32,000 nucleotides of DNA from Mucisphaera calidilacus (lineage in GTDB: Bacteria; Planctomycetota; Phycisphaerae; Phycisphaerales; Phycisphaeraceae). The stretch is from assembly GCF_007748075.1 (NCBI RefSeq), contig NZ_CP036280.1:2730001-2762000 (forward strand), read 5' to 3'. Of this stretch, positions 17,902 through 25,002 are shown one piece after another (position 1 is the stretch's first letter; every line of letters starts with the position of its first letter). A program made the position numbers and the translations under genes. The notes beneath the pieces were generated by a model that saw nothing but the letters and a program-made list of their open reading frames with translations, did no database searches and had not been told where the DNA came from.

Positions 17902-19110
17902 ATGGATGAGACGTGTGTGCCCGAGGATGTTTCGCGTGGCGAGGTTGAGGCTCAGCTGTCGCTGCAGCTGACGCGTGGTCTTGGGGTGCGACGGATCGGT
18001 CAGTTGCTGGAGCGGTTCGGGACGGCGGAGGGGGTGGTTGAGGCCTCGGAGGCGGGGTTTCGGGGGTTGCACGGGGTGACGGCGTCGGGGGCGGCGCGGC
18101 TGAGCGAGGCGTTGGGACGTGTGCGTTCGGAGGGGCTGGCCGTTCAGGAGTTGGAGCGGTGTGCGGAAGCGGGTGTACGGCTGGTGGTTCGCGGGGGCGC
18201 AGGTTATCCGGTGCTGCTGCGTGATCTGCCGGACGCTCCGCCTGTGCTTTGGGTGAGGGGTCGTGTGGATGGAGAGGACCGGCTGACGCTGGCGGTGGTG
18301 GGTTCGCGTCGGTGTTCGGGTTACGGTCGTCGTCAGGCGGAGGTGTTCGCGGGCCGGTGTGCCTCGCTTGGGTTCACGATTGTGTCGGGGGGTGCGATCG
18401 GGGTTGATGGTGTGGCGCACCGTTCGGCGGTGCGTTCGGGGGGGACGACGGTGGCGGTGATCGGTTCGGGGCTGGGTCGGCCTTACCCGGAGCGTCACGA
18501 GGATCTGTTTCACAACATGGTGGATTCGGGTCGTGGCGGGCTGATGAGTGAATTGCCGATGTTGACGCCGCCATCGGCGGAGAATTTCCCGCGTCGGAAC
18601 CGGATCATTTCGGGGATGTCGCTGGGGACGCTGGTGATCGAGGCGGGCGAGCGTAGCGGGGCGTTGATCACGGCGCGGATCTGTGTGGAGGAGCACGGAC
18701 GTGAGTTGATGGCGGTTCCGGGCCCGGTGGACTCGGGGGATTCGGCGGGTTGTCACCGTGTGATTCGTGAGCAGTGGGCGACGCTGGTGACGCAGCCGGA
18801 GGAGGTTCTGGAGCAGATCGCGGAGACGCGGGCGAGCCTGCTGGTGCGTGAGGAGCCGGTGGCGAAGAAGCGGCGGGTGGTGCGGAAGGCGAAGGAGGAG
18901 CCGGCGGTGGCGAAGCCTGTGGTGGACCCGCTGGCGACGCTTGAGGGTGTGCCGCGTGCGGTGGCTGAGGTGCTGCGAGAGCCGTTGACGCTTGACCAGG
19001 TGGTGGAGCGTGTGGGGCGGTCGATGGCGGAGGTTCAGTCGGTGCTGACGCGGCTGGAGATCAAGGGTCTGGTGGTTCGGTGCGAGGGGCGATTGCGGCT
19101 GAGGCATTGA
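17902..19110 (+). CDS. dprA: DNA-processing protein DprA (Smf)
   Basis: LAVVGSRRCSGYGRRQAEVFAGRCASLGFTIVSGGAIGVDGVAHRSAV...VAVIGSGLGRPYPERHEDLF and FPRRNRIISGMSLGTLVIEAGERSGALITAR, plus a C-terminal winged-helix-like tail. The first ATG in the ORF is at 17902; the track starts at TTG 17884. Confidence 0.9.
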   Translation: MDETCVPEDVSRGEVEAQLSLQLTRGLGVRRIGQLLERFGTAEGVVEASEAGFRGLHGVTASGAARLSEALGRVRSEGLAVQELERCAEAGVRLVVRGGAGYPVLLRDLPDAPPVLWVRGRVDGEDRLTLAVVGSRRCSGYGRRQAEVFAGRCASLGFTIVSGGAIGVDGVAHRSAVRSGGTTVAVIGSGLGRPYPERHEDLFHNMVDSGRGGLMSELPMLTPPSAENFPRRNRIISGMSLGTLVIEAGERSGALITARICVEEHGRELMAVPGPVDSGDSAGCHRVIREQWATLVTQPEEVLEQIAETRASLLVREEPVAKKRRVVRKAKEEPAVAKPVVDPLATLEGVPRAVAEVLREPLTLDQVVERVGRSMAEVQSVLTRLEIKGLVVRCEGRLRLRH

Positions 19111-19133
19111 GGGGAAGGGGCGGGGGCGAGGGG
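19111..19133 (+). other. Canonical G-quadruplex-forming motif immediately after the dprA stop codon
   Basis: GGGGAAGGGGCGGGGGCGAGGGG has four G-tracts of at least 4 (19111-14, 19117-20, 19122-26, 19130-33) with loops of 2, 1 and 3 nt. Confidence 0.5.
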
Positions 19134-19221
19134 TTTGAGCGTGTTCGGGGCAGCGGAGCGTGGTTTTGTTTTCTAGAGTGTTGTGTTCTTCGAGGTTTTT
19201 CGGCGTGATGAGGTGTGAACC

Positions 19222-20553
19222 GTGCGTGTGATGCTGCCTGTGTATGACCTGTCGTGTGATGAGGGCCGGGGTGCGTTCGAGGGGCGGCTGGACCGGCTGC
19301 GGAACACGGCGTCGTCGTCGACGGACGCGGGTCGTGTGGTGGCGGAGATCTTGGCGGAGGTTCGCGAGCGTGGTGACGCGGCGGTGGTGGATTACATGCG
19401 GAAGTGGACGGACCCTGAGTTCACGGCGGATCGGCTGGTGGTCTCGGGTGCGGAGCTGGATGCGTCTTTGGATGCGGTGGATCCGGCGTTGGTGGCGGCG
19501 TTGGAGCAGTCGATCGAGAACGTGCGGGCGTATCAGGAGCACGTGCTGCCTCGTGACCCGGAGCCGGTGCGTGTGGGGAGCGCGGAGTTGGGGATGCGTT
19601 GGTCGCCTGTGGACAGTGTGGGTCTGTGTGTGCCCGGGGGGACGGCGGTGCTGTTTTCGACGGTGATCATGCTGGCGGTTCCGGCGCTGGTGGCGGGTGT
19701 CCCGGCGGAATCGATCGCGGTGATGAACCCCCCTGCCACGCGTCGCGCGGACGAGCCTGCGTCGGACCTGGCGCCGGCGGTGCTGGCGACGTGCAAGCTG
19801 CTGGGTCTGAGCCGGGTGTACCGACTCGGCGGTGCGCAGGGCGTGGCGGCGCTGGCGATGGGAACGGAGCGGATTGAAGCGGTGGACCTGATCGCGGGGC
19901 CCGGGAATGTGTTCGTGCAGCTGGCGAAGGCGCAGGTGGCGGGGATCACGGGGACGGACAACGGTTTTTACGGGCCGAGCGAGATCGTGACGGTGGCGGA
20001 CGAGACGGCGGACGCGGAACGGGTGGCGTCGGACCTGATTGCGCAGGCGGAGCACGACCCGGGCAAGTGCTTCCTGGTGTCGTGGTCGGGTGAGGTGATC
20101 GAGCGGATCGTGCGGGCGGTCGGGGAGCAGTTGGGGACGCGGAAGCGACGTGAGGCGATCGAGCGGTCGCTGGCGGAGGAGAGTTGTGCGGTGCTGGTGG
20201 CCGACGCGGACGAGGCAATCGCGGTGACGAATCGTCTGGCGACGGAGCACCTGAATCTGGCGGTGGCGGATCCGGAGGGGATGCTGGGGCGGATCCGTCA
20301 CGCGGGCGAGGTTTTTCTAGGGGACACGCCTGTGGCGGCGGGGGATTACTACGCTGGCCCGTCGCACTGCCTGCCGACGGGCACGACGGCGCGGTTTACC
20401 AGTGGCGTGAGCGCGTACACGTTTTTGAAGCGGACGGGGACGGTGCGTTACCCGGAGGGTGTCGATGCGCGGACGGCGGGGCACATCGCGTTGATGGCGG
20501 AGGCGGAGGGTTTGGACGGTCACGCGCAGTCGGCGCGGGTTCGTGCGGAGTGA
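19222..20553 (+). CDS. hisD: Histidinol dehydrogenase
   Basis: IAGPGNVFVQLAK, LIAQAEHDP, ATEHLNL and DYYAGPSHCLPTGTTARFTSGVSAYTFLK are hallmark HisD motifs. The start is GTG 19222 or ATG 19231. Confidence 0.95.
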   Translation: MRVMLPVYDLSCDEGRGAFEGRLDRLRNTASSSTDAGRVVAEILAEVRERGDAAVVDYMRKWTDPEFTADRLVVSGAELDASLDAVDPALVAALEQSIENVRAYQEHVLPRDPEPVRVGSAELGMRWSPVDSVGLCVPGGTAVLFSTVIMLAVPALVAGVPAESIAVMNPPATRRADEPASDLAPAVLATCKLLGLSRVYRLGGAQGVAALAMGTERIEAVDLIAGPGNVFVQLAKAQVAGITGTDNGFYGPSEIVTVADETADAERVASDLIAQAEHDPGKCFLVSWSGEVIERIVRAVGEQLGTRKRREAIERSLAEESCAVLVADADEAIAVTNRLATEHLNLAVADPEGMLGRIRHAGEVFLGDTPVAAGDYYAGPSHCLPTGTTARFTSGVSAYTFLKRTGTVRYPEGVDARTAGHIALMAEAEGLDGHAQSARVRAE

Positions 20554-20571
20554 GTGCCGATTGGGCAAGAG

Positions 20572-20598
20572 AAAACCCACGCGTGCGGGCGTGGGTTT
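20572..20598. terminator. Bidirectional intrinsic terminator between convergent hisD and the 20620-21084 gene
   Basis: AAAA-CCCACGC-GTGCGG-GCGTGGG-TTT: a perfect 7 bp GC-rich stem (20576-82 / 20589-95) flanked by an A-run on one side and a T-run on the other. Confidence 0.6.
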
Positions 20599-20619
20599 GC
20601 GTTGGTTTGAGGGTTGGTT

Positions 20620-21084
20620 TTATTCGGCTTCGAGGATGAGTTTCTTTTTGCGTTTGATGAGGTCGATGAGGTGTTCGCCTTCGGACTTGAGTGAGGGTCG
20701 CCACATGGCCCAGTGGAGGTCGACGGCGCACTTGGAGCTGCGGACGCTGTCGCGGATGTAGCGGTTGAGCCGTCGCATGGGGAGTTTGGCGATGAGGTCG
20801 CGGTGGAGGGGTACGGCGACGATGAAGGCTTCGGGGTTGGGAACGAGGTAGCAGAGCCCGTGTTCGACGTTGTCGCTGATGAGGTCGAACTGGAAGGTCC
20901 AGCACCATGACTCGCCGTGCCAGACGATGGAGCGTTCGATGGTGTCGAGTCCGACGATCTGCTCCATCAGGGTGGTGGCGAGTTTGTGGGAGAGTTCGTT
21001 GTAGGGTTTGAGCAGAGCGTCGCTGGTGGGGATATTCCAGCGGTCCTGCCAGGGGATCAATGCCTGCACGGAGGGGCGACTCAT
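20620..21084 (-). CDS. Hypothetical cytoplasmic protein (154 aa), possibly DUF3788-like
   Basis: The track ORF extends to 21336, but that would overlap the divergent gene starting at 21254/21260. ATG 21084 (MSRPSVQALIPW...) is the plausible start. The pattern WHGESWCWTFQF ... FIVAVPL ... KRKKKLIL recalls DUF3788-type proteins from memory. The family call is weak. Confidence 0.45.
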   Translation of the reverse strand: MSRPSVQALIPWQDRWNIPTSDALLKPYNELSHKLATTLMEQIVGLDTIERSIVWHGESWCWTFQFDLISDNVEHGLCYLVPNPEAFIVAVPLHRDLIAKLPMRRLNRYIRDSVRSSKCAVDLHWAMWRPSLKSEGEHLIDLIKRKKKLILEAE

Positions 21085-21259
21085 CGTTGCGTGATCTTTC
21101 TCAGTCACGTGTCGGTGACGTGGTTTGCTGGGGTGAGGGTGGAGCGGATTTGGTTGCGATGCCTGTTGCAGCCTGTTTTCAGCCTTGTAAAGATAGCGAC
21201 TCCAACGGTTTCGGCAACGTCGGATGCCCCCTGCCCCCCTGATTGAGTAGACTTTGGCC

Positions 21260-22477
21260 ATGTCATCATCCTCGGACACCCCAGATCGTGCGACCGTGAT
21301 CGTGATGGCGAAGCCACCGATTGCGGGTCGCGTCAAGACCCGTCTTGCAGAGAGCCTTGGTGAGGCGTCGGCGACGGAGGTTCACCGCCTGATGCTGACG
21401 TGCGTGCTGGACCGGTTGCGGCATCACTGCCCGGGCCGTCACGTTCTGGCGCTGGACGGGTATGAGGCGGGGATGTCGGGTTCGTCGTCGGAGTCGGCGG
21501 AGCAGGCGGCGGTTCGAGCGACGGCGGAGGAGGCGCGTGAGATCGGCTGGGAGGTGATTGGTCAGTCGGCCGGCGATCTGGGCGAGCGTCTGCAGTCGGC
21601 GTGGTCGGCGACGGGTTCGGGCCCGGTGGCGTTTTTCGGGGTGGATTCGCCTGACGTTCCGGCGGAGGCGTTGCAGCGGCTGTGGGAGTTTCTGGAGAAC
21701 GCTGATCTGGCGGTGGGTCCTGCGGAGGATGGCGGTTTCTGGACGCTGGTGGCGAAGGATCTGCCTGAGGGGATCTGGCGTGAGGTTCCGTGGGGGGGGA
21801 CGGCGGTGTTCAACCGTCTGTGGGACAACCTGATCAATCTTGAGGTGTCGCGTGATCGTTTCCCGGTGTGGCCGGACGTTGATGATTTGACGGACCTTCG
21901 TTCGCTGCTTCGTCGCCTGGAGGGTGAGGAGGAGGCCTCGCTGGTGCGTCTTCGTGAGCGTCTGGAGCCGATTACGAACGGTGTGGCGTCGGCCGTGGAG
22001 AGCGGTGCTGAGGTGTCGCCTGGGCGTGATGAGCCGGATTACTCGACGTGTCGGGTGTTGCTGGTGGACGACAACCAGCAGAACCTCGAGTTGCTGGAGG
22101 CGTACCTTGAGCCGTTGGGCTGCGCGATTGACGCGACGGAGGACGGGATTGACGCGATCAAGCATCTGGAGCAGAGCACGACGCATCATCTGCCGGACCT
22201 GGTGCTGCTGGACGTGATGATGCCTCGGATGTCGGGTTTTGAGGTTTGCCGGAAGATCAAGGACGACCCTCGGACGCGTTCGATCCCGGTGATGATGGTG
22301 ACGGCGTTGCACGAGATCGGAGACGTGGAGAAGGCGGTGGAGTGCGGGACGGATGATTTTCTGTCGAAGCCGGTGAACAAGATGGAGTTGCTGACGCGTG
22401 CGAAGAGCCTGTTGAAGGTTCGTCATCTCAAGCGTGAGTTGGAGCAGGCGGAGGCTCGGCTGTTGAATCGTGGGTGA
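21260..22477 (+). CDS. Fusion protein: N-terminal DUF2064 / TIGR04282-type GT-A-like (CofC-like nucleotidyltransferase fold) domain plus a C-terminal response-regulator receiver domain
   Basis: N-terminal half: VIVMAKPPIAGRVKTRLAESLG, GDLGERL, FFGVDSPDVP, AVGPAEDGGFWTL, VPWGGTAV, WPDVDDLTDL, the DUF2064 pattern. C-terminal half: RVLLVDDNQQNLELL, PDLVLLDVMMPRMSGFEV, PVMMVTAL, DDFLSKPV, a complete REC with acidic pocket, phospho-Asp, Thr and Lys. One uninterrupted ORF, starting at TTG 21254 or ATG 21260. Confidence 0.85.
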   Translation: MSSSSDTPDRATVIVMAKPPIAGRVKTRLAESLGEASATEVHRLMLTCVLDRLRHHCPGRHVLALDGYEAGMSGSSSESAEQAAVRATAEEAREIGWEVIGQSAGDLGERLQSAWSATGSGPVAFFGVDSPDVPAEALQRLWEFLENADLAVGPAEDGGFWTLVAKDLPEGIWREVPWGGTAVFNRLWDNLINLEVSRDRFPVWPDVDDLTDLRSLLRRLEGEEEASLVRLRERLEPITNGVASAVESGAEVSPGRDEPDYSTCRVLLVDDNQQNLELLEAYLEPLGCAIDATEDGIDAIKHLEQSTTHHLPDLVLLDVMMPRMSGFEVCRKIKDDPRTRSIPVMMVTALHEIGDVEKAVECGTDDFLSKPVNKMELLTRAKSLLKVRHLKRELEQAEARLLNRG

Positions 22478-22500
22478 GTGACGTCGTCTGTTTCCGGGGG

Positions 22501-22573
22501 CTGTGCGGTCTGTGACGTTTGTGCGGGGGTTGGGTTTGCGCGGTCTGTGCGGCCTGCGTTTCGGGCTGTGCGG
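22501..22573 (+). repeat. Cluster of direct (C/T)TGTGCGG octamer repeats at the distal end of the first flagellin upstream region
   Basis: Exact CTGTGCGG at 22501-08, 22545-52 and 22566-73. TTGTGCGG at 22519-26. Variants CTGTGACG at 22510-17 and TTGCGCGG at 22537-44. Confidence 0.6.
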
Positions 22574-22667
22574 GTTGTGTTGCCTTTGTGGTGACGGCGG
22601 GCCTGTTGGTGGGTGAAAGTCAGTCTGGGTTGTGAATGTGCGCGTTATGGGGGTCGATGCTGTGCGT

Positions 22668-22947
22668 GTCGTGAAGGATCACGGCTCCCGGACCTGTTGC
22701 CGCGTGGACGACGCGGAGCCGGCGTAGGCACAACGGGTTTTGGGACTCCTGATGGTTCGGGCCCGGCCGGACCATCGCGTCCGCGTGGAGCGCGGCAGGG
22801 GCCAGGACGCGACCGGGCGGGTCAGCCCTGATCCGCAGTGCGTTTCTGCGGTGAGAACAAGAAAGACGCCCCGAGTGGGGCGGAGAAAGACAGGCCGGGC
22901 TGACCGGCACCACGCGACGGTCCCCACAGACATCGGGAGATAGCACC
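22668..22947 (+). promoter_or_regulatory. Highly structured putative 5' leader of flagellin gene 1 with GGA-loop hairpins
   Basis: Hairpins: CGTG-AAGGAT-CACG (22670-83), CCGCGT-GGACG-ACGCGG (22700-16), a 10 bp stem (22751-76), CCGCG-TGGAG-CGCGG (22781-95), CCGCAG/CTGCGG (22833-51), CGCCCC-GAGT-GGGGCG (22867-82). SD is GGGAGA at 22935-40. The transcription start is unknown. Confidence 0.4.
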
Positions 22948-24453
22948 ATGAGTCGTATCAACACCAACGTCAACTCTCTGATCGCCCAGCGTATTCTCAC
23001 GAATCAGAACAAGGAACTGACGACGACGCTCGAGCGTCTGAGCACGGGTTCCCGGATCAACCGTGGTGGTGATGACCCCGCGGGTCTGATCGTCAGTGAG
23101 AACCTCCGTTCGCAGAAGGCCGCGATTGGCGCTGCGATCGGCAACGCCGAGCGTGCCGAGCAGGTCGTGAACATTGCGGAGGGTGGTCTTCAGGAGATCA
23201 GCACGCTCCTGCTCGAGGTTCAGTCGCTGGTTGGCCAGACGGCGAACGACGCGGGCATGAGTCAGGAAGAGAAGGAAGCGAACCAGCTGCAGGTCGACTC
23301 GATTCTGCAGACGGTTGACCGTATTGCGGAGGCGACGAGTTTCCAGGGCACGAAGCTGCTCAACGGCAACTTCGACTTCTCGATCTCGGGCCAGGACAGC
23401 AGCGTTGTTGACTATGAGATCAAGTCGGCGAAGCTGAACACGGGTGACACGCGTAACGTTCAGATGATCGTGACGGCCTCGGCGCAGACCGCGGGTCTTT
23501 ACGTTTCGCTGGGCGGGACGTCGCTGGACCTGAGTTCGAACACGGCGACGTTTGAGTTCGAGGTGGCGGGCACGAAGGGTGCGCGTCAGTTCAGCTTCAG
23601 CTCGGGCACGAACACCTCGGCGGTGGCAGCCCAGATCAACTCGTTCACGGACGTGACGGGCGTGTCGGCGGTTGCGTCGAGCACGGGCCTGTACCTGAAC
23701 TCGAACGAGTATGGCAGCACGGAGTTCGTTTCGATCGACGTGACGGACAATGCGGGCATCTCGGCGGCGAACGCCGGCGTGTACACCATGAGCACCACGG
23801 CTCAGTTCACGATCGATACGACGAGCCGCGCGGCGTTGTCGACGATCACCAACGCGGTCCGCGACGAGGGTCAGGACCTGGGTGCGGTGATCAACGGTGT
23901 GACGGCGACGGCGGACGGTCTGACGGCACGGATCTCGAACGAGTTCCTCGACGTCGAGATCGAGCTGGACCAGGCCGGCGGCACGGCGTTGGGCGCGATT
24001 GACGCGTTCACGATCACCGGCGGCGGCGCGAAGTTCAATCTTGGTCCGAACGTGGACATCGGCAACCAGGTGAGTGTGGGCATCGGCAACATCGCGGCCC
24101 GCAAGCTGGGTTCGGTGAGTACGGGTTACATGGATCAGCTGGGTGCCGGCAAGTCGGCGAACCTGGTGAACGGCGACCTGAACGCCGCTCAGGAGATCGT
24201 GAACACGGCGATCAAGGAAGTGTCGACGACTCGTGGTCGGCTGGGTGCTTTCCAGAAGAACGTTATCGGAACGACGATCCGAGCTCTGGGTGTGACCCTT
24301 GAGAACACGACGGCGGCGGAGTCGATGATCCGCGACACGGACTTCGCGGCTGAGACGGCGAACCTGACGCGGTCGCAGATCCTGGTTCAGGCGACTCAGA
24401 ACGCGTTGTCGATCTCGAACAGCAACCCTCAGAACGTGCTGGCGCTGCTGTAA
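22948..24453 (+). CDS. fliC: Flagellin (501 aa)
   Basis: N-terminal MSRINTNVNSLIAQRILTNQNKELTTTLERLSTGSRINRGGDDPAGLIVSENLRSQ and C-terminal GRLGAFQKN...IRDTDFAAETANLTRSQILVQATQNALSISNSNPQNVLALL are canonical flagellin D0/D1 segments. The central region is variable. Confidence 0.95.
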   Translation: MSRINTNVNSLIAQRILTNQNKELTTTLERLSTGSRINRGGDDPAGLIVSENLRSQKAAIGAAIGNAERAEQVVNIAEGGLQEISTLLLEVQSLVGQTANDAGMSQEEKEANQLQVDSILQTVDRIAEATSFQGTKLLNGNFDFSISGQDSSVVDYEIKSAKLNTGDTRNVQMIVTASAQTAGLYVSLGGTSLDLSSNTATFEFEVAGTKGARQFSFSSGTNTSAVAAQINSFTDVTGVSAVASSTGLYLNSNEYGSTEFVSIDVTDNAGISAANAGVYTMSTTAQFTIDTTSRAALSTITNAVRDEGQDLGAVINGVTATADGLTARISNEFLDVEIELDQAGGTALGAIDAFTITGGGAKFNLGPNVDIGNQVSVGIGNIAARKLGSVSTGYMDQLGAGKSANLVNGDLNAAQEIVNTAIKEVSTTRGRLGAFQKNVIGTTIRALGVTLENTTAAESMIRDTDFAAETANLTRSQILVQATQNALSISNSNPQNVLALL

Positions 24454-24478
24454 GGCTGAAAATCAGATATTAAGAAGA

Positions 24479-24511
24479 AGCCGGGCTGCCTTCGGGCGGC
24501 CCGGTTTTTTT
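24479..24511 (+). terminator. Intrinsic terminator of flagellin gene 1
   Basis: CCGGGCTGCC-TTCG-GGCGGCCCGG (10 bp stem with one mismatch, 24481-24504) followed by TTTTTTT (24505-11). Confidence 0.85.
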
Positions 24512-24674
24512 GTGGTTGTGCGGGTGTAGGGATTGTGGGGCCTGCGGGGTTTGTGAAGAAAAGTGGGTCAATCCGGGGTTGCGGCGCTTAAGGCGCTTGC
24601 GGGTTGTGACGATTGGTGGCGTGGACAACGGATGATCGGGTCGTTGCGGCCGCAGGGTCTGCAGCGGATTGAGG

Positions 24675-24682
24675 CCCGATAA
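24675..24682 (+). promoter_or_regulatory. Sigma28 (FliA)-like -10 element candidate upstream of flagellin gene 2
   Basis: CCCGATAA matches 7 of 8 positions of the GCCGATAA -10 consensus. I found no convincing TAAA -35 at the expected spacing. A start site just downstream would put the whole hairpin array in the leader. Confidence 0.2.
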
Positions 24683-24720
24683 AACGAGGTCCCCTTTGCG
24701 GTGTTGTCGGCGCTGGAATT

Positions 24721-25002
24721 AGCCCGACGAAGCAGAGGCAAGCAAGGATGGGTCGGGCTCACGGTTGAGCCTGACCGGGCAGGCACCCGCCGACGAGAGC
24801 GCGTCGTCGGCGACCCTCCGAGTGCGTAGGAAGCGACTCGGAGCCGCAAGGATGCGGGCCGGTAGGTGCGTACCGGCCTCCAGGCGTGAGCGGTTCACGC
24901 CAGAGATCGTAAGGGTCGTGGATCGGAGACCCTGAATGGCGGCAGGATGCCGCGGAAGCATCAACGTGACCCAGGTTTTGGCGTTCACGGAGGACAGCAA
25001 CG
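24721..25002 (+). promoter_or_regulatory. Putative 5' leader of flagellin gene 2: array of consecutive hairpins presenting GGA motifs, plus a GGA-containing SD
   Basis: Hairpins: H1 24721-59 (8 bp stem, loop holds AAGGATG 24744-50); H2 24789-811 (8 bp); H3 24816-43 (8 bp, loop GCGTAGGAAGCG); H4 24844-57 (CCGC-AAGGAT-GCGG); H5 24858-77 (GCCGGTA/TACCGGC); H6 24883-901 (7 bp); H7 24913-32 (GGGTC-GTGGATCGGA-GACCC); H8 24939-53 (GCGGC-AGGAT-GCCGC). SD is GGAGGA at 24989-94, 8 nt before the ATG. Confidence 0.5.

Noticed and set aside
17875-20301. 808 aa minus-strand ORF spanning dprA and hisD
   Set aside because: It is a low-complexity Arg/His/Pro/Thr translation that crosses an intergenic spacer. 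Both + strand genes have clear family motifs.
21085-21336. N-terminal 84-codon extension of the 20620-21336 ORF
   Set aside because: It would overlap the divergent DUF2064-REC gene start at 21254/21260, and its composition is non-protein-like. The internal ATG at 21084 begins the conserved-looking part.
21266-22426. 386 aa minus-strand ORF antisense to the DUF2064-REC gene
   Set aside because: It is a shadow ORF with Arg/Leu/His/Pro-rich sequence and no motifs.
22745-22780. GGTTCGGGCCC string, checked as a possible tRNA T-arm
   Set aside because: No acceptor stem, D-arm or anticodon arm can be built around it. It forms a simple 10 bp hairpin (22751-22776).
22902-22918. Possible sigma54 promoters: GGCACC-N4-GACG in both flagellin upstream regions (22905-18 and 24782-95)
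   Set aside because: The -12 TGC/TTGC element is missing at the required spacing, and the two copies lie at very different distances from their ATGs (about 35 nt versus about 210 nt).
22613-22943. Small + strand ORFs (72 aa and 67 aa) inside the flagellin-1 upstream region, and minus-strand ORFs 24568-25259 inside the flagellin-2 upstream region
   Set aside because: They are Gly/Arg/Pro-rich, start at non-ATG codons, have no RBS, and overlap extensive RNA hairpins. I treat them as non-coding.
24729-24751. Resemblance of GAAGCAGAGGCAAGCAAGG to the SRP (4.5S) RNA domain IV motif GGAAGCAGCCAAGGCAG
   Set aside because: Only a partial string similarity. There is no GNRA tetraloop helix, no symmetric or asymmetric loop arrangement, and no flanking helix 5 pairing. 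The position directly upstream of a flagellin gene favours a leader.
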